Of a stretch of DNA of 64,000 nucleotides, positions 48,753 to 57,858 are shown piece by piece. A model generated the notes under the pieces. The model was not told where the DNA came from, did not search any database, and saw only the letters and a list, made by a program, of their open reading frames with translations. The position numbers and the translations under genes were made by a program. Each line of letters starts with the position of its first letter. Position 1 is the first letter of the stretch. This DNA is from an uncultured Candidatus Saccharibacteria bacterium (GTDB taxonomy: Bacteria > Patescibacteriota > Saccharimonadia > Saccharimonadales > CAZDBS01): contig CAZWNK010000001.1 of NCBI GenBank assembly GCA_964635445.1, positions 3,422-67,421 of the forward strand. The letters are read 5' to 3'.

Positions 48753-50714
48753 TTACATTTTTGCTTTTATCTCAGCGATTGAGTCTCTGAGTTCGGCGGC
48801 TTTTTCAAATTGTAAGTTAGCGGCTGCAAATTCCATCTGGGTCGTCAGGTCCTTGATAAGATGCTTGTACTCGTCTTTGGGAATCTTGCGAAGATCGATG
48901 GTTGGTTTTACTTCCTCTTTGACTGCTCGCGGAATACCGTCGCCGATTGTTTTACTAACACTACGGGGCGTGATGCCATGCTCTTTGTTGTAGGATTCCT
49001 GGATAGCGCGACGGCGGTTGGTCTCATCGATCGTGCGTTGCATCGAACCGGTGATCGAATCAGCGTACATGATGACGCGGCCTTCTTCATGACGAGCAGC
49101 CCGTCCGACAGTCTGGATCAGCGCTTGCTCACTACGCAAGAAACCCTCTTTGTCGGCATCGAGGATCGCGACAAGTGATACCTCTGGCAGATCAAGTCCT
49201 TCGCGCAGGAGGTTGATACCGATCAAGACATCATAGATGCCAAGACGCAGATCTCTCAGGATATCAGTTCGCTCCAACGTATCGACATCGGAGTGCAGGT
49301 ACTGGACTTTGATATTGAGTTCCTGCAAGTACTCGGTCAGGTCCTCGCTCATTCGCTTGGTCAATGTCGTCACGAGAACGCGCTGGCCTTTATCGATAGT
49401 TGCTCGTATTTCTGCGATCAGATCGTCGACCTGTCCTTCGACCGGCCTGACTTCAATTGGCGGATCGAGCAATCCTGTCGGACGGATGACTTGCTGCACA
49501 GGCTCAGGGCTTCGATCCAGTTCGTACTGTGCTGGGGTTGCTGAGACATACACGACTTGGTTGACGTGACGCTCAAACTCTAGGAACGTCAGTGGACGGT
49601 TGTCGAGCGCACTTGGCAAACGAAAACCATGCTCGACGAGCACTTCTTTGCGCGCACGATCGCCATTGTACATACCACGTACTTGCGGGACTGTCATATG
49701 CGATTCGTCGATGAGCAGCAGATAATCGTCGGGATAATAATCAAGTAGGGTCGCTGGCTGTTCACCTGGTTCTCGATCTGTAAGATAGCGTGAGTAGTTC
49801 TCGATTCCTTTGACAAATCCAGTCTCCTCTAGCATCTCGAGATCAAAACGAGTTCGCTGCTTCAGTCGTTGCGCCTCTACTAGTTTTCCTTCACGCTCAA
49901 ACTGCGATACGCGCTGCTCCAGCTCATGCTCGATCTTGCCTAATGCGACTTTTAATTTGTCATACGGCGTGACATAGTGACTGCCCGGGAAGACTTTGAA
50001 TCGATCGACGTTGGCTACTATCTCTCCTGTCAACGGATCGACGCGCGTGATGCGCTCGACGGTATCACCAAAAAACTCGACTCGATACGCCACTTCTTCG
50101 CTTGCTGGAAAGACATCGACAACATCACCGCGAACACGAAACGTCCCCCGGTGAAAATCGATGTCATTTCGTTGGTATTGGATGTCGGTCAGGTGTCGTA
50201 TAAATTTGTCTTGCTTTCGTTGCTCGCCTTTCACGACTTCGATCGACATGCCGCCATAGTCATCCACCGAACCGATACCATAGATACAACTTACACTCGC
50301 TACGATGATAACATCACGCCTGGTCAGCAGCGCGTCAGTCGCTGCATGGCGGAGTCGATCGATCTCCTCGTTTATCTGTGAATCTTTCTCGATATACGTA
50401 TCGCTCCGAGGGATATAGGCTTCTGGCTGATAGTAATCAAAATAACTGACAAAATAGTGCACTGGATTATCAGGGAAAAACGCCTTGAACTCGCTATAGA
50501 GCTGTGCGGCAAGCGTCTTGTTGTGACTTAGGACCAGCGTCGGCTTCTGGGTATTTTGGATGAGATTGGCCATCGTAAACGTCTTGCCCGATCCGGTGAC
50601 ACCCAGCAAGACCTGCTCTTTCGTCCCCTTCTGCAGGCCTTCAGTTAGTTTTCGGATCGCCTCTGGCTGATCACCAGTCGGCTGATACTCACTGTTTAGT
50701 CTGAACTGTTCCAC
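48753..50714 (-). CDS. uvrB: excinuclease ABC subunit B
   Basis: 653 aa with SF2 helicase motifs (GVTGSGKT; DESH) and a C-terminal UVR domain. Confidence 0.95.
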   Translation of the reverse strand: MEQFRLNSEYQPTGDQPEAIRKLTEGLQKGTKEQVLLGVTGSGKTFTMANLIQNTQKPTLVLSHNKTLAAQLYSEFKAFFPDNPVHYFVSYFDYYQPEAYIPRSDTYIEKDSQINEEIDRLRHAATDALLTRRDVIIVASVSCIYGIGSVDDYGGMSIEVVKGEQRKQDKFIRHLTDIQYQRNDIDFHRGTFRVRGDVVDVFPASEEVAYRVEFFGDTVERITRVDPLTGEIVANVDRFKVFPGSHYVTPYDKLKVALGKIEHELEQRVSQFEREGKLVEAQRLKQRTRFDLEMLEETGFVKGIENYSRYLTDREPGEQPATLLDYYPDDYLLLIDESHMTVPQVRGMYNGDRARKEVLVEHGFRLPSALDNRPLTFLEFERHVNQVVYVSATPAQYELDRSPEPVQQVIRPTGLLDPPIEVRPVEGQVDDLIAEIRATIDKGQRVLVTTLTKRMSEDLTEYLQELNIKVQYLHSDVDTLERTDILRDLRLGIYDVLIGINLLREGLDLPEVSLVAILDADKEGFLRSEQALIQTVGRAARHEEGRVIMYADSITGSMQRTIDETNRRRAIQESYNKEHGITPRSVSKTIGDGIPRAVKEEVKPTIDLRKIPKDEYKHLIKDLTTQMEFAAANLQFEKAAELRDSIAEIKAKM

Positions 50715-50735
50715 AGATGATATTGTAACAGGACA

Positions 50736-51341
50736 TCACCCACGACGATTGGTAACTTTTTTTGTGGTTTTGCGTCCAGAGTCTTTGTGCTCGATATCAC
50801 TAAACTCTTCATCGAGCAAATCTACAATTCTTTTGACTAATCTTTCTGGATTATCATCATAGATAACTAGTCTTTTATGTGGCGGCTCTAGAATCGACAT
50901 AAGATCAGGAATTAAGTCAGCTGTTCCACCGCTACCTATTAAGACCCCGCACGGCTTACCGGCTTCGAGGGTGGTTGTAAATTCCTGTAATGTACCGACA
51001 CGTCCACCCACAAAGACCACGGCATCGCTCGAATGAATCATATGCAGATCGCGTCCGGCATAAGCCATACCGGTGAAGTTGATAAAATCAAACCCCTCAA
51101 GCGGCAAACGATATTTATAAACATGTTCTCTGGTAGAAGCAGCAGGGGAAAAGCCGACAGACATACCTTTGGCTTTTTTTGCAGCCTTGGCAGCATAGAA
51201 AGGCAATCCGATAGTCGCGCCAGTCAGAAGGATCTGTCCTTCTTTTGCAACTGCCGCACCGAGACGTGCAGCCAACTCATGACTTGCTTCAACTGTGCGA
51301 CCGGAAGCAGCACCAGACACGCAGATTTGATATTTACTCAT
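50736..51341 (-). CDS. LOG-family / TIGR00725-type Rossmann-fold nucleotide-binding protein
   Basis: Contains VVFVGGRVGTLQEF, a PGGxGTxxE-like LOG motif. 201 aa. Confidence 0.7.
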   Translation of the reverse strand: MSKYQICVSGAASGRTVEASHELAARLGAAVAKEGQILLTGATIGLPFYAAKAAKKAKGMSVGFSPAASTREHVYKYRLPLEGFDFINFTGMAYAGRDLHMIHSSDAVVFVGGRVGTLQEFTTTLEAGKPCGVLIGSGGTADLIPDLMSILEPPHKRLVIYDDNPERLVKRIVDLLDEEFSDIEHKDSGRKTTKKVTNRRG

Positions 51342-51345
51342 AGAT

Positions 51346-52593
51346 TTATCCTACCACCCTGGCTAATTTTTCTGGTGCGATCAGGTCGTTGTCAAGCTGT
51401 TGGAGTACTTGTTGTTCTAGGGTCTTCATACTCATGTAGCGTGCAAAGATCTCATTCCACAGGCTTTCTCGGAAATGGTAAATGACTCGATCATGATACG
51501 GTGTCTTGGTAGAGTTAGAAATCGACACGTCCATCATATTGAATGCGACCGGGCGTTTCTCATACATCGCACCGACATAGTCGAGATCTTTCCAGAAAGC
51601 TAGTTCAGGATCGATTTCATACAGTACGTCCTCAGCTTTTCGCCAGTGCAGGTCTTCGGGTTGGACATGAGGTTCAAATATCTCTGGATGTCGCTCTTTT
51701 TCGAGCTTGCCAAAATAGCGCTGAATAACTCGCCAATGGATGTGCTGTCCAGCCATGACGGCAGCCGAAGCTGGATCAGCGATAAGGGTATCGACAAATA
51801 TTTGACCGAAATGAGAGGACGTACTTTTGAGTTTGAAAAAAGAGCTATAGAGTCGGATCTCGTTCATGTAATGAAACAGGAGCGATAGCGCGGTCATAGT
51901 GATCCCCGGGATTGTATCGACGGTGACTGGTAACATCAGAATCACGCCCAATTCTTTCAAGTGCGTAATGTTATGGCGCTTTTTATGCACGAATGCGTCA
52001 GCGATATCACCCCAGCGATCTTTCGGCATGATGACAATTTCTATTTTTCGTTTCTCGAAATCACTCGGCTTGAGCTTCTTGTAGTGCTCATCAAACTCAT
52101 TAAGCCACTCAGGTCCTTCGGCAAAACGCAGCGCGCCATAGATCTCGTACAAGCTTTCGTTTTTGATCATCGACTCGACCGACTGATATCCAAGTCGTTG
52201 CATGATCTGTGGCGGTGGCGTTGCGCGGAGCATGTCTCGAGCGACAGATTTCTTCAGCACCCAACAATCCTTGGGAATATCGACTCTATCTGCCGCTTTT
52301 TTGATCAACGGTATCAACTCTGCAACAGTGCTTTTGGATGAGCCTCCGATTTCTTTAGTGAGGTGCAGATCGTGCTTTCCTACCAAATGTCGCAATGCAT
52401 GATAGAGCTCCGTGCCAGTTGTATCTTTTGGATCGAGCCCCAACTCACGGGTCTTCATGTGAACTTTGCCGATGATTTCAGCAGTCAGACGCACATCGAC
52501 CGAAGTATTGCCCGACGCTTGCTCAAGTTGCTTCAAAGCCATAGAAAATAGTGGTTCTTTTGCTCCAAGCAAATCAGATAGAATTCGCGACAT
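51346..52593 (-). CDS. hypothetical protein (415 aa), no recognisable family
   Basis: Long ORF translationally coupled to the LOG-family gene (4-nt gap). Confidence 0.55.
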   Translation of the reverse strand: MSRILSDLLGAKEPLFSMALKQLEQASGNTSVDVRLTAEIIGKVHMKTRELGLDPKDTTGTELYHALRHLVGKHDLHLTKEIGGSSKSTVAELIPLIKKAADRVDIPKDCWVLKKSVARDMLRATPPPQIMQRLGYQSVESMIKNESLYEIYGALRFAEGPEWLNEFDEHYKKLKPSDFEKRKIEIVIMPKDRWGDIADAFVHKKRHNITHLKELGVILMLPVTVDTIPGITMTALSLLFHYMNEIRLYSSFFKLKSTSSHFGQIFVDTLIADPASAAVMAGQHIHWRVIQRYFGKLEKERHPEIFEPHVQPEDLHWRKAEDVLYEIDPELAFWKDLDYVGAMYEKRPVAFNMMDVSISNSTKTPYHDRVIYHFRESLWNEIFARYMSMKTLEQQVLQQLDNDLIAPEKLARVVG

Positions 52594-52969
52594 TACGTGT
52601 AGCCACCCTCGTTTTGGTTATGCTTATCTCTAGTATAACAAAGTGATGGAAGATAGAAACGATATATTGACGAAAATGACGAAAGGTACTATCATTTTGC
52701 TCAATTTCTGACGTTTTTCGTCGGGAGTACATTGACAATAGACGGACATGTAGACATGTGCTTTCTGGAGCGAAAGATTTGGCTTCAACAAGCGCATGTG
52801 TACATGCAAACAATCGGGATTGTGTAGCTAGACTCGAGCGGTCGAGAAGCTAAAATCAAGCGGACTGTCAATCCAAGTCTTGGGTTTGATCTGCTAAGGT
52901 AAGTCACGGTTCAGAAATAACCCTGACGATTTCCTGGGATCCACAATCCATCATCGTAGGTGAAGCATC

Positions 52970-53042
52970 GGCCCTGTACCTCAGTCGGCAGAGGACCTGT
53001 CTAAAAAACAGGAAGTCGGTGGATCAATACCACCCAGGGTCA
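52970..53042 (+). tRNA. tRNA-like sequence, Phe-type body with anticodon AAA and non-canonical T-loop (ATCAATA), no CCA; possible degenerate or pseudo tRNA
   Basis: Manual cloverleaf: GGCCCTG TA CCTC-AGTCGGCA-GAGG A CCTGT-CTAAAAA-ACAGG AAGTC GGTGG-ATCAATA-CCACC CAGGGTC A. Acceptor stem is 7 bp with one G-U pair. Confidence 0.4.
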
Positions 53043-53079
53043 CTGGATCTTCGGATCCTTGACGTAAACGCTTCACCTA

Positions 53080-53154
53080 GCGCGCTTGGCTCAGTGGCAG
53101 AGCATCACCTTGCCAAGGTGAGGGTCACGGGTTCGATTCCCGTAGTGCGCTCCA
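53080..53154 (+). tRNA. tRNA-Gly (anticodon GCC), 75 nt, CCA encoded
   Basis: Manual fold: GCGCGCT TG GCTC-AGTGGCA-GAGC A TCACC-TTGCCAA-GGTGA GGGTC ACGGG-TTCGATT-CCCGT AGTGCGC T CCA. Confidence 0.9.
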
Positions 53155-53173
53155 AGCAGCATCCGTGCTGCCC

Positions 53174-53259
53174 GGACTTGTAGCTCTTCGCTGTACAGCG
53201 AAGGAATAGAGCGTCGCCAACGAAGGCGAAGGTCGTAGGTTCGAATCCTACCAAGTCAG
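53174..53259 (+). pseudogene. degenerate tRNA-like sequence (Thr-like T-arm) with an 18-nt hairpin insertion in the D-loop, a 6-nt anticodon loop, a G1-A72 mismatch and CTA in place of CCA
   Basis: AAGGTCGTAGGTTCGAATCCTAC matches the tRNA-Thr T-arm. D-arm is GCTC[ttcgctgtacagcgaagg]AATAGAGC. Anticodon stem is TCGCC/GGCGA with loop AACGAA. Confidence 0.35.
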
Positions 53260-53261
53260 CT

Positions 53262-53836
53262 AGCTCGACCATCTCACTGGTTCCTGGCTCTCCCCCAGAG
53301 AGATGGTCGAGCACCCTCGTCCAGGTCGTCTTCATCGACCTCCCGATCGTCGCTCAGGCGACCTGGACACCCCGTTCCTCTCGTGGGATCACGTGAATCC
53401 GTCGTCACGCGTCATCTCACGAGAGGGACCAAGTGTAGTACCGGTGCTGCAGCTAGAGTGTTTGCTATCACTCGAAAGGCATTGTGCTCCATAGAGTCGC
53501 AACTATGTTGAGCTGGCTTGCTGCAGCACCATGCTTCACCCCGGGAGTGCCTGTGGGCATCGTACACGAGTGAATTCCTCCTCGTAAGGTGAATGAAGTC
53601 AATGTCACCTCGGTGCCCCAGGCACTCCCAAAGCAACGTACCGCGAGTACGGTTGACCACCTTGGTCCCTTCGCGCTACATTGCTTCACACGTATCCATA
53701 AGTGCATACCTTATGCTGATGAGCTGAAAACAGCGAAATACGAGTTAACAGAATCTAGAAGTCGGAATACAGAATCCAGAAATTGACTTGTAATAAATAA
53801 ACTTCTGGATTCCGAGATCCGGCTTCCGGCTTCTCA
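53262..53836. other. 575-bp ORF-free, highly structured non-coding region: candidate large structured ncRNA (strand undetermined)
   Basis: Five perfect long inverted repeats in series: 53266-53275/53298-53309; 53321-53328/53359-53366; 53377-53385/53418-53426; 53443-53453/53520-53530; 53544-53553/53619-53628. Only short overlapping ORFs with no coding signal. Confidence 0.35.
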
Positions 53837-54862
53837 TTAGAGCGCTATGCGCTCTATAGGCATATCGTGTAACTGTGTATCAAGTCTGATAATCCCTGGT
53901 TTCGCACCGACAACACCAACAACTGATGTTGAGTTGGCGCTTGCATAGGTGAGTGCCTTTTCGGTCGACTCGCCGCGAGCGATCATCGCCACAAACCCGG
54001 AACTAAACGCATCACCTGCTCCAAGTCGATCGACAACGGGGACGTCTTCATAGATCCCGGCCTTATACAGCGCTTCATGGTCTCGTGCGACGACCCCGTT
54101 CGGCCCATCAGTGATGACGACATACGGGATTTCGTGTGCTGCACGTGCCAGATCCTCCATGGATTCACCCTGGTACAGTTTTTGCATTTCTTCTTTGTTC
54201 AGCGACAGAACATCGATTTTGGGTAGAAGCATTTTCATTCTATCTGCTTGTTCCAGTTCATCATTGCCAGGATTCATCGCTATTTTCATACCCAATTTGT
54301 GAGCGGTGTTGACGAGATACTCCAGTACCTCCATATTCCCCGCCAAACTCGTAACGTACAGCCATTGCGCATGCAGGTGAGCTTCGGGATAGTCCGAGAT
54401 CTCGTGTGTATGCGCAGCTCCTCGGTAAATGAGGATCGTCCGTTCACCATCACCGTTGAGTAATATGGTCGAGTATTGCGTGCCAAGTGACTGATGATAG
54501 ACCACCCGTGAAGTATCAACATTATCTTCAGCAAGCGCATGGATGATATTTGTCGCCGCACTATCATGACCGAGCTTACCAGCGAAAGCAGCGTGGAGAC
54601 CAGCTCTCGCGAATGTCACTGCAGCGTTACTCGCACCCCCGCCAGTCCCAAATGTGATGCGATCGACTTCCAGTTTGGCACCGAGTGGAAACTGCTCGGC
54701 ACATTCTTTGGTCTCAGGATTACACACCGCAGAAATTGTCTCGCCCTGCAGATACACGTCCTGGGAAGCTGCTCCGATAGCGATGATAGACATGTCGGGA
54801 TGGTCCATAATGTTCAAGTTAAGCATAACAAATTTGCTACAATTATGAGTAATGTCATTCAC
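53837..54862 (-). CDS. PfkB/ribokinase-family carbohydrate kinase
   Basis: C-terminal GAGDAFSSGFV anion-hole/catalytic motif and an N-terminal GG motif. The start may be an internal Met. Confidence 0.8.
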   Translation of the reverse strand: MNDITHNCSKFVMLNLNIMDHPDMSIIAIGAASQDVYLQGETISAVCNPETKECAEQFPLGAKLEVDRITFGTGGGASNAAVTFARAGLHAAFAGKLGHDSAATNIIHALAEDNVDTSRVVYHQSLGTQYSTILLNGDGERTILIYRGAAHTHEISDYPEAHLHAQWLYVTSLAGNMEVLEYLVNTAHKLGMKIAMNPGNDELEQADRMKMLLPKIDVLSLNKEEMQKLYQGESMEDLARAAHEIPYVVITDGPNGVVARDHEALYKAGIYEDVPVVDRLGAGDAFSSGFVAMIARGESTEKALTYASANSTSVVGVVGAKPGIIRLDTQLHDMPIERIAL

Positions 54863-55946
54863 GCAACTCCAGACCCTCTACTATTCGTTTGGCCAAAGTC
54901 CCTGGCTCGATGCTCTCAGTCGAGACATGATCGAGTCGGGTGAATTGAAGCGCTACATCGATAGTGGCATACGCGGCGTGACGTCTAATCCCAGCATCTT
55001 TGAAAAAGCTATACTTGGTAGCGATAGTTACGATTCTACGTATCAGTACTTACGCCGTGAAGGTCACGATGTCGAGGCAGCGTTCGTACGTTTAGCACGT
55101 CAGGATATCCAGACGACCGCAGATATGTTGCTACCTCTGTACAAACGAACAGTTGGTCGTGACGGGTATGTCTCTATGGAAGTCTCGCCCCGCTTTGCGC
55201 ATGATACTGAGAAAACAGTCGAGCAAGCTCGCTGGCTTTGGGACACAATCGAACGACCCAATCTCATGATCAAAGTACCGGCAACTCGCGCAGGTTTACC
55301 GGCTATCGAACAACTGACTCGTGAAGGCATCAATGTCAACGTCACACTTGTCTTCGGACTACATCGCTATCTCGAAGTGATGCACGCCTATCTCAAAGGG
55401 CTCGAAACCCGTGACGGTAAACTCGATCACATTCATAGTGTTGCGTCATTTTTCGTGAGTCGTGTCGATACTCTGATCGACGAGAAGCTGAAAGAGTTAC
55501 ACAAGCCCACTGCTTCACGACTCCGAGGTCACATAGCCAATGCTCAAGCCTACGTCGCATATGAGATGTTCCTAGAGACTTTCTGTGAATCTAAGCGCTG
55601 GAACGAACTAAAAATGCGCGGAGCCAATATCCAGCGCCCGCTCTGGGCATCCACTTCAACCAAAAATCCTTCTTATCCAGACCTACTATACATTTCCAAC
55701 CTAGTCGTCGAGAACACTATCAATACCATGACGCCCGAGTCTATCGGCGCACTTGAAGACCATGGCAATCTCTTACAAGTCGCAGTCACGCCAGAACGCA
55801 TCAAGCATGCGCACGCCGTGCTCAATCACATCAAAGATTTAGGAATCGATATGACGGACGTTAGTCATCAACTTGAAAAAGAAGGCGTCGAGAAGTTTGA
55901 AAAAGCGTATGATGCCATACTTGCAGCTTTGGCTGCAAAAGACTAA
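54852..55946 (+). CDS. tal: transaldolase
   Basis: GVTSNPSIF motif with the TIM-barrel transaldolase family pattern. 364 aa. Confidence 0.9.
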   Translation: MSFTQLQTLYYSFGQSPWLDALSRDMIESGELKRYIDSGIRGVTSNPSIFEKAILGSDSYDSTYQYLRREGHDVEAAFVRLARQDIQTTADMLLPLYKRTVGRDGYVSMEVSPRFAHDTEKTVEQARWLWDTIERPNLMIKVPATRAGLPAIEQLTREGINVNVTLVFGLHRYLEVMHAYLKGLETRDGKLDHIHSVASFFVSRVDTLIDEKLKELHKPTASRLRGHIANAQAYVAYEMFLETFCESKRWNELKMRGANIQRPLWASTSTKNPSYPDLLYISNLVVENTINTMTPESIGALEDHGNLLQVAVTPERIKHAHAVLNHIKDLGIDMTDVSHQLEKEGVEKFEKAYDAILAALAAKD

Positions 55947-56854
55947 GGCCGAGCCTTTCCGGCGGAATTGTAAAAGGTTATTTTACTTTCGACGACGGAT
56001 TGTACTGCATCGTACACCGCTTGATTGATTTTGATAATGGCGAATTCATCCTTGTTTTCAGCCAGAACTTTTTCAAGTGTCGTACGGTAGGCATATCGCA
56101 TGTCTGAGTTTACGTTGATTTTGCTGACACCGATCTGGACCGCTCCTTCAAAATAGTGACCTTCAGTATCGCTGCCACCATGCAAGCTCAAATTACAATC
56201 CACAGCATCGCGTATCTTTTGCAACAACTCAAGATCGAGGACTTTCGGGACAGGATATTTCCCGTGCAGATTCCCGATCGCGACGGCATATGTATCGACA
56301 CCAGTTTCCTCAACAAATGCTCTGACATCAGCAGGCTTGGAGAATGTCTTCTTCACCTCATCATAATCAATTGTTTCATTATGCACATTTGATGAGCCCA
56401 TGAAATAATGTGCCTCGCTCTCGACACATGCACCAGTGAGTTTGGCATATTGGACTACTTCTTTCGTCGCCTCGATGATCTCTCGGTCAGTCGCATCGTG
56501 ATTGGATTGACTAACGTCAATATGGATAAACTCATACCCTGCATCAATACCTGCCTTGGCGTCTTCAACTGAAGGCGAGTGATCGAGATTGATGTACATT
56601 TCGACACCATACTCCCGCTTGTAGTTGTCGACCATATCACGAATGTTATAGAGACCCAGAGCCTTGACCTCGCCATCACTAACTTCCACCATGACAGGCG
56701 CATTCATCTTCTTGGCAGCGCGCGCAACTGCGACAAGTGTTTCTTGATTGTCGACGTTGAATGCCCCGACAGCAAAATGTTCGCTTCGAGAACGTTTCAT
56801 CAGTTCTCGCGCTTTGGCACAGTTTTCTCGTATCTCAGGCAATGTCAGTGGCAT
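55943..56854 (-). CDS. fba: class II fructose-/ketose-bisphosphate aldolase
   Basis: GAFNV, NLDHS and LHGGS metal-binding motifs. Confidence 0.88.
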   Translation of the reverse strand: MPLTLPEIRENCAKARELMKRSRSEHFAVGAFNVDNQETLVAVARAAKKMNAPVMVEVSDGEVKALGLYNIRDMVDNYKREYGVEMYINLDHSPSVEDAKAGIDAGYEFIHIDVSQSNHDATDREIIEATKEVVQYAKLTGACVESEAHYFMGSSNVHNETIDYDEVKKTFSKPADVRAFVEETGVDTYAVAIGNLHGKYPVPKVLDLELLQKIRDAVDCNLSLHGGSDTEGHYFEGAVQIGVSKINVNSDMRYAYRTTLEKVLAENKDEFAIIKINQAVYDAVQSVVESKITFYNSAGKARP

Positions 56855-56856
56855 AA

Positions 56857-57858
56857 TTATTTCCCTTTCATACTTACAACATCATGTGCACTCATAACAA
56901 TATGGCGATCGCTCAAACCAAAATGCTCCATGAGCTCTTCCGGCTTGCCGGATTCACCAAATCTATCTCGCATACCGATACGACGCATCGGTGTGGGCAA
57001 ATTCTCTGAGAGCACTTCAGCTACTGCACCTGCAAGCCCCCCGGCTATCTGCCCCTCTTCACAGACGACAACGGCACGTGTTTTATCTACGCTATGAAGT
57101 ATCGTATTTTCGTCCAACGGCTTGATCGTTGGGACGTGGAGCACTTCAGCATCAATACCATCATGATGCAACTTCTGGGCTGCAACCATAGCATGGTATG
57201 TCATGAGTCCCGTCGCGATGATCGTGACATCACTCCCAGGACGATATATATAGGCTTGCCCGATCTCAAATGGCGTCTCTGGCATCGTCATGATGGGCGA
57301 AGCCTCACGGGCGACCCGTAAATATGCAGGATTTTTGGTGTCTTTGGCCAGTGCGAGCGTAGCTTTTTCGGCTTCTACTGCATCGCCAGGCACGATGACC
57401 GTCATGTGCGGCAACACACGCATGAGTGCAATATCTTCGAGCATCTGATGTGTTGCACCGTCCGGACCGACAGAAATACCAGCGTGCGAACCAACAATTT
57501 TCACTGGACGTTCATTGAGGCATATTGTCGTTCGGATTTGCTCCCAATTGCGACCAGGACTAAATGCTGCATACGATGACACGAAGGGGATCTTGCCCAT
57601 TGCTGCAAGCCCTGAACCGACGGTTACGAGGTTCTGCTCGGCGACGCCTACTTCAAAGAAGCGATCAGGAAAAGCCTCCGCAAACATATTCATCTGCGTC
57701 GAGCCTGTGAGATCAGCACACAGTGCCACGATGCGATCATCAGTTTCGCCCGCAGCCTTCAGGCCACGCCCAAATCCTTTTCTCGTTGGTTCAGACTGGA
57801 GGTCACTATGTATCTGGTGAAGGTGAAGGCTACTCATGTTCACTCCTGATCTTGCCAC
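56857..57858 (-). CDS. transketolase, C-terminal (pyrimidine-binding) subunit
   Basis: Transketolase Pyr and C-terminal domains. Immediately downstream of the N-terminal subunit gene, i.e. a split tkt. Confidence 0.9.
   Translation of the reverse strand: MARSGVNMSSLHLHQIHSDLQSEPTRKGFGRGLKAAGETDDRIVALCADLTGSTQMNMFAEAFPDRFFEVGVAEQNLVTVGSGLAAMGKIPFVSSYAAFSPGRNWEQIRTTICLNERPVKIVGSHAGISVGPDGATHQMLEDIALMRVLPHMTVIVPGDAVEAEKATLALAKDTKNPAYLRVAREASPIMTMPETPFEIGQAYIYRPGSDVTIIATGLMTYHAMVAAQKLHHDGIDAEVLHVPTIKPLDENTILHSVDKTRAVVVCEEGQIAGGLAGAVAEVLSENLPTPMRRIGMRDRFGESGKPEELMEHFGLSDRHIVMSAHDVVSMKGK

Noticed and set aside
51033-51485. 150-aa plus-strand ORF
   Set aside because: Antisense to the LOG-family and ORF415 genes.
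53105-53786. Several 60-82-aa ORFs on both strands across the tRNA cluster and the structured non-coding block
   Set aside because: They overlap tRNA-Gly or run through long GC-rich inverted repeats, overlap each other, and have no start context or family resemblance; the region is better explained as RNA or structured DNA.
53155-53840. RNase P RNA, SRP (4.5S) RNA or tmRNA identity for the structured region
   Set aside because: Scanned both strands by eye for the P4 signatures (GGAAAGUCCGG / ACAGAAnCCGGCUUA), the SRP GGAAGGAAGCAGC motif and a tmRNA tag ORF ending ...LAA-stop with a 3' tRNA-like end. None found, although only a covariance-model search would be decisive.
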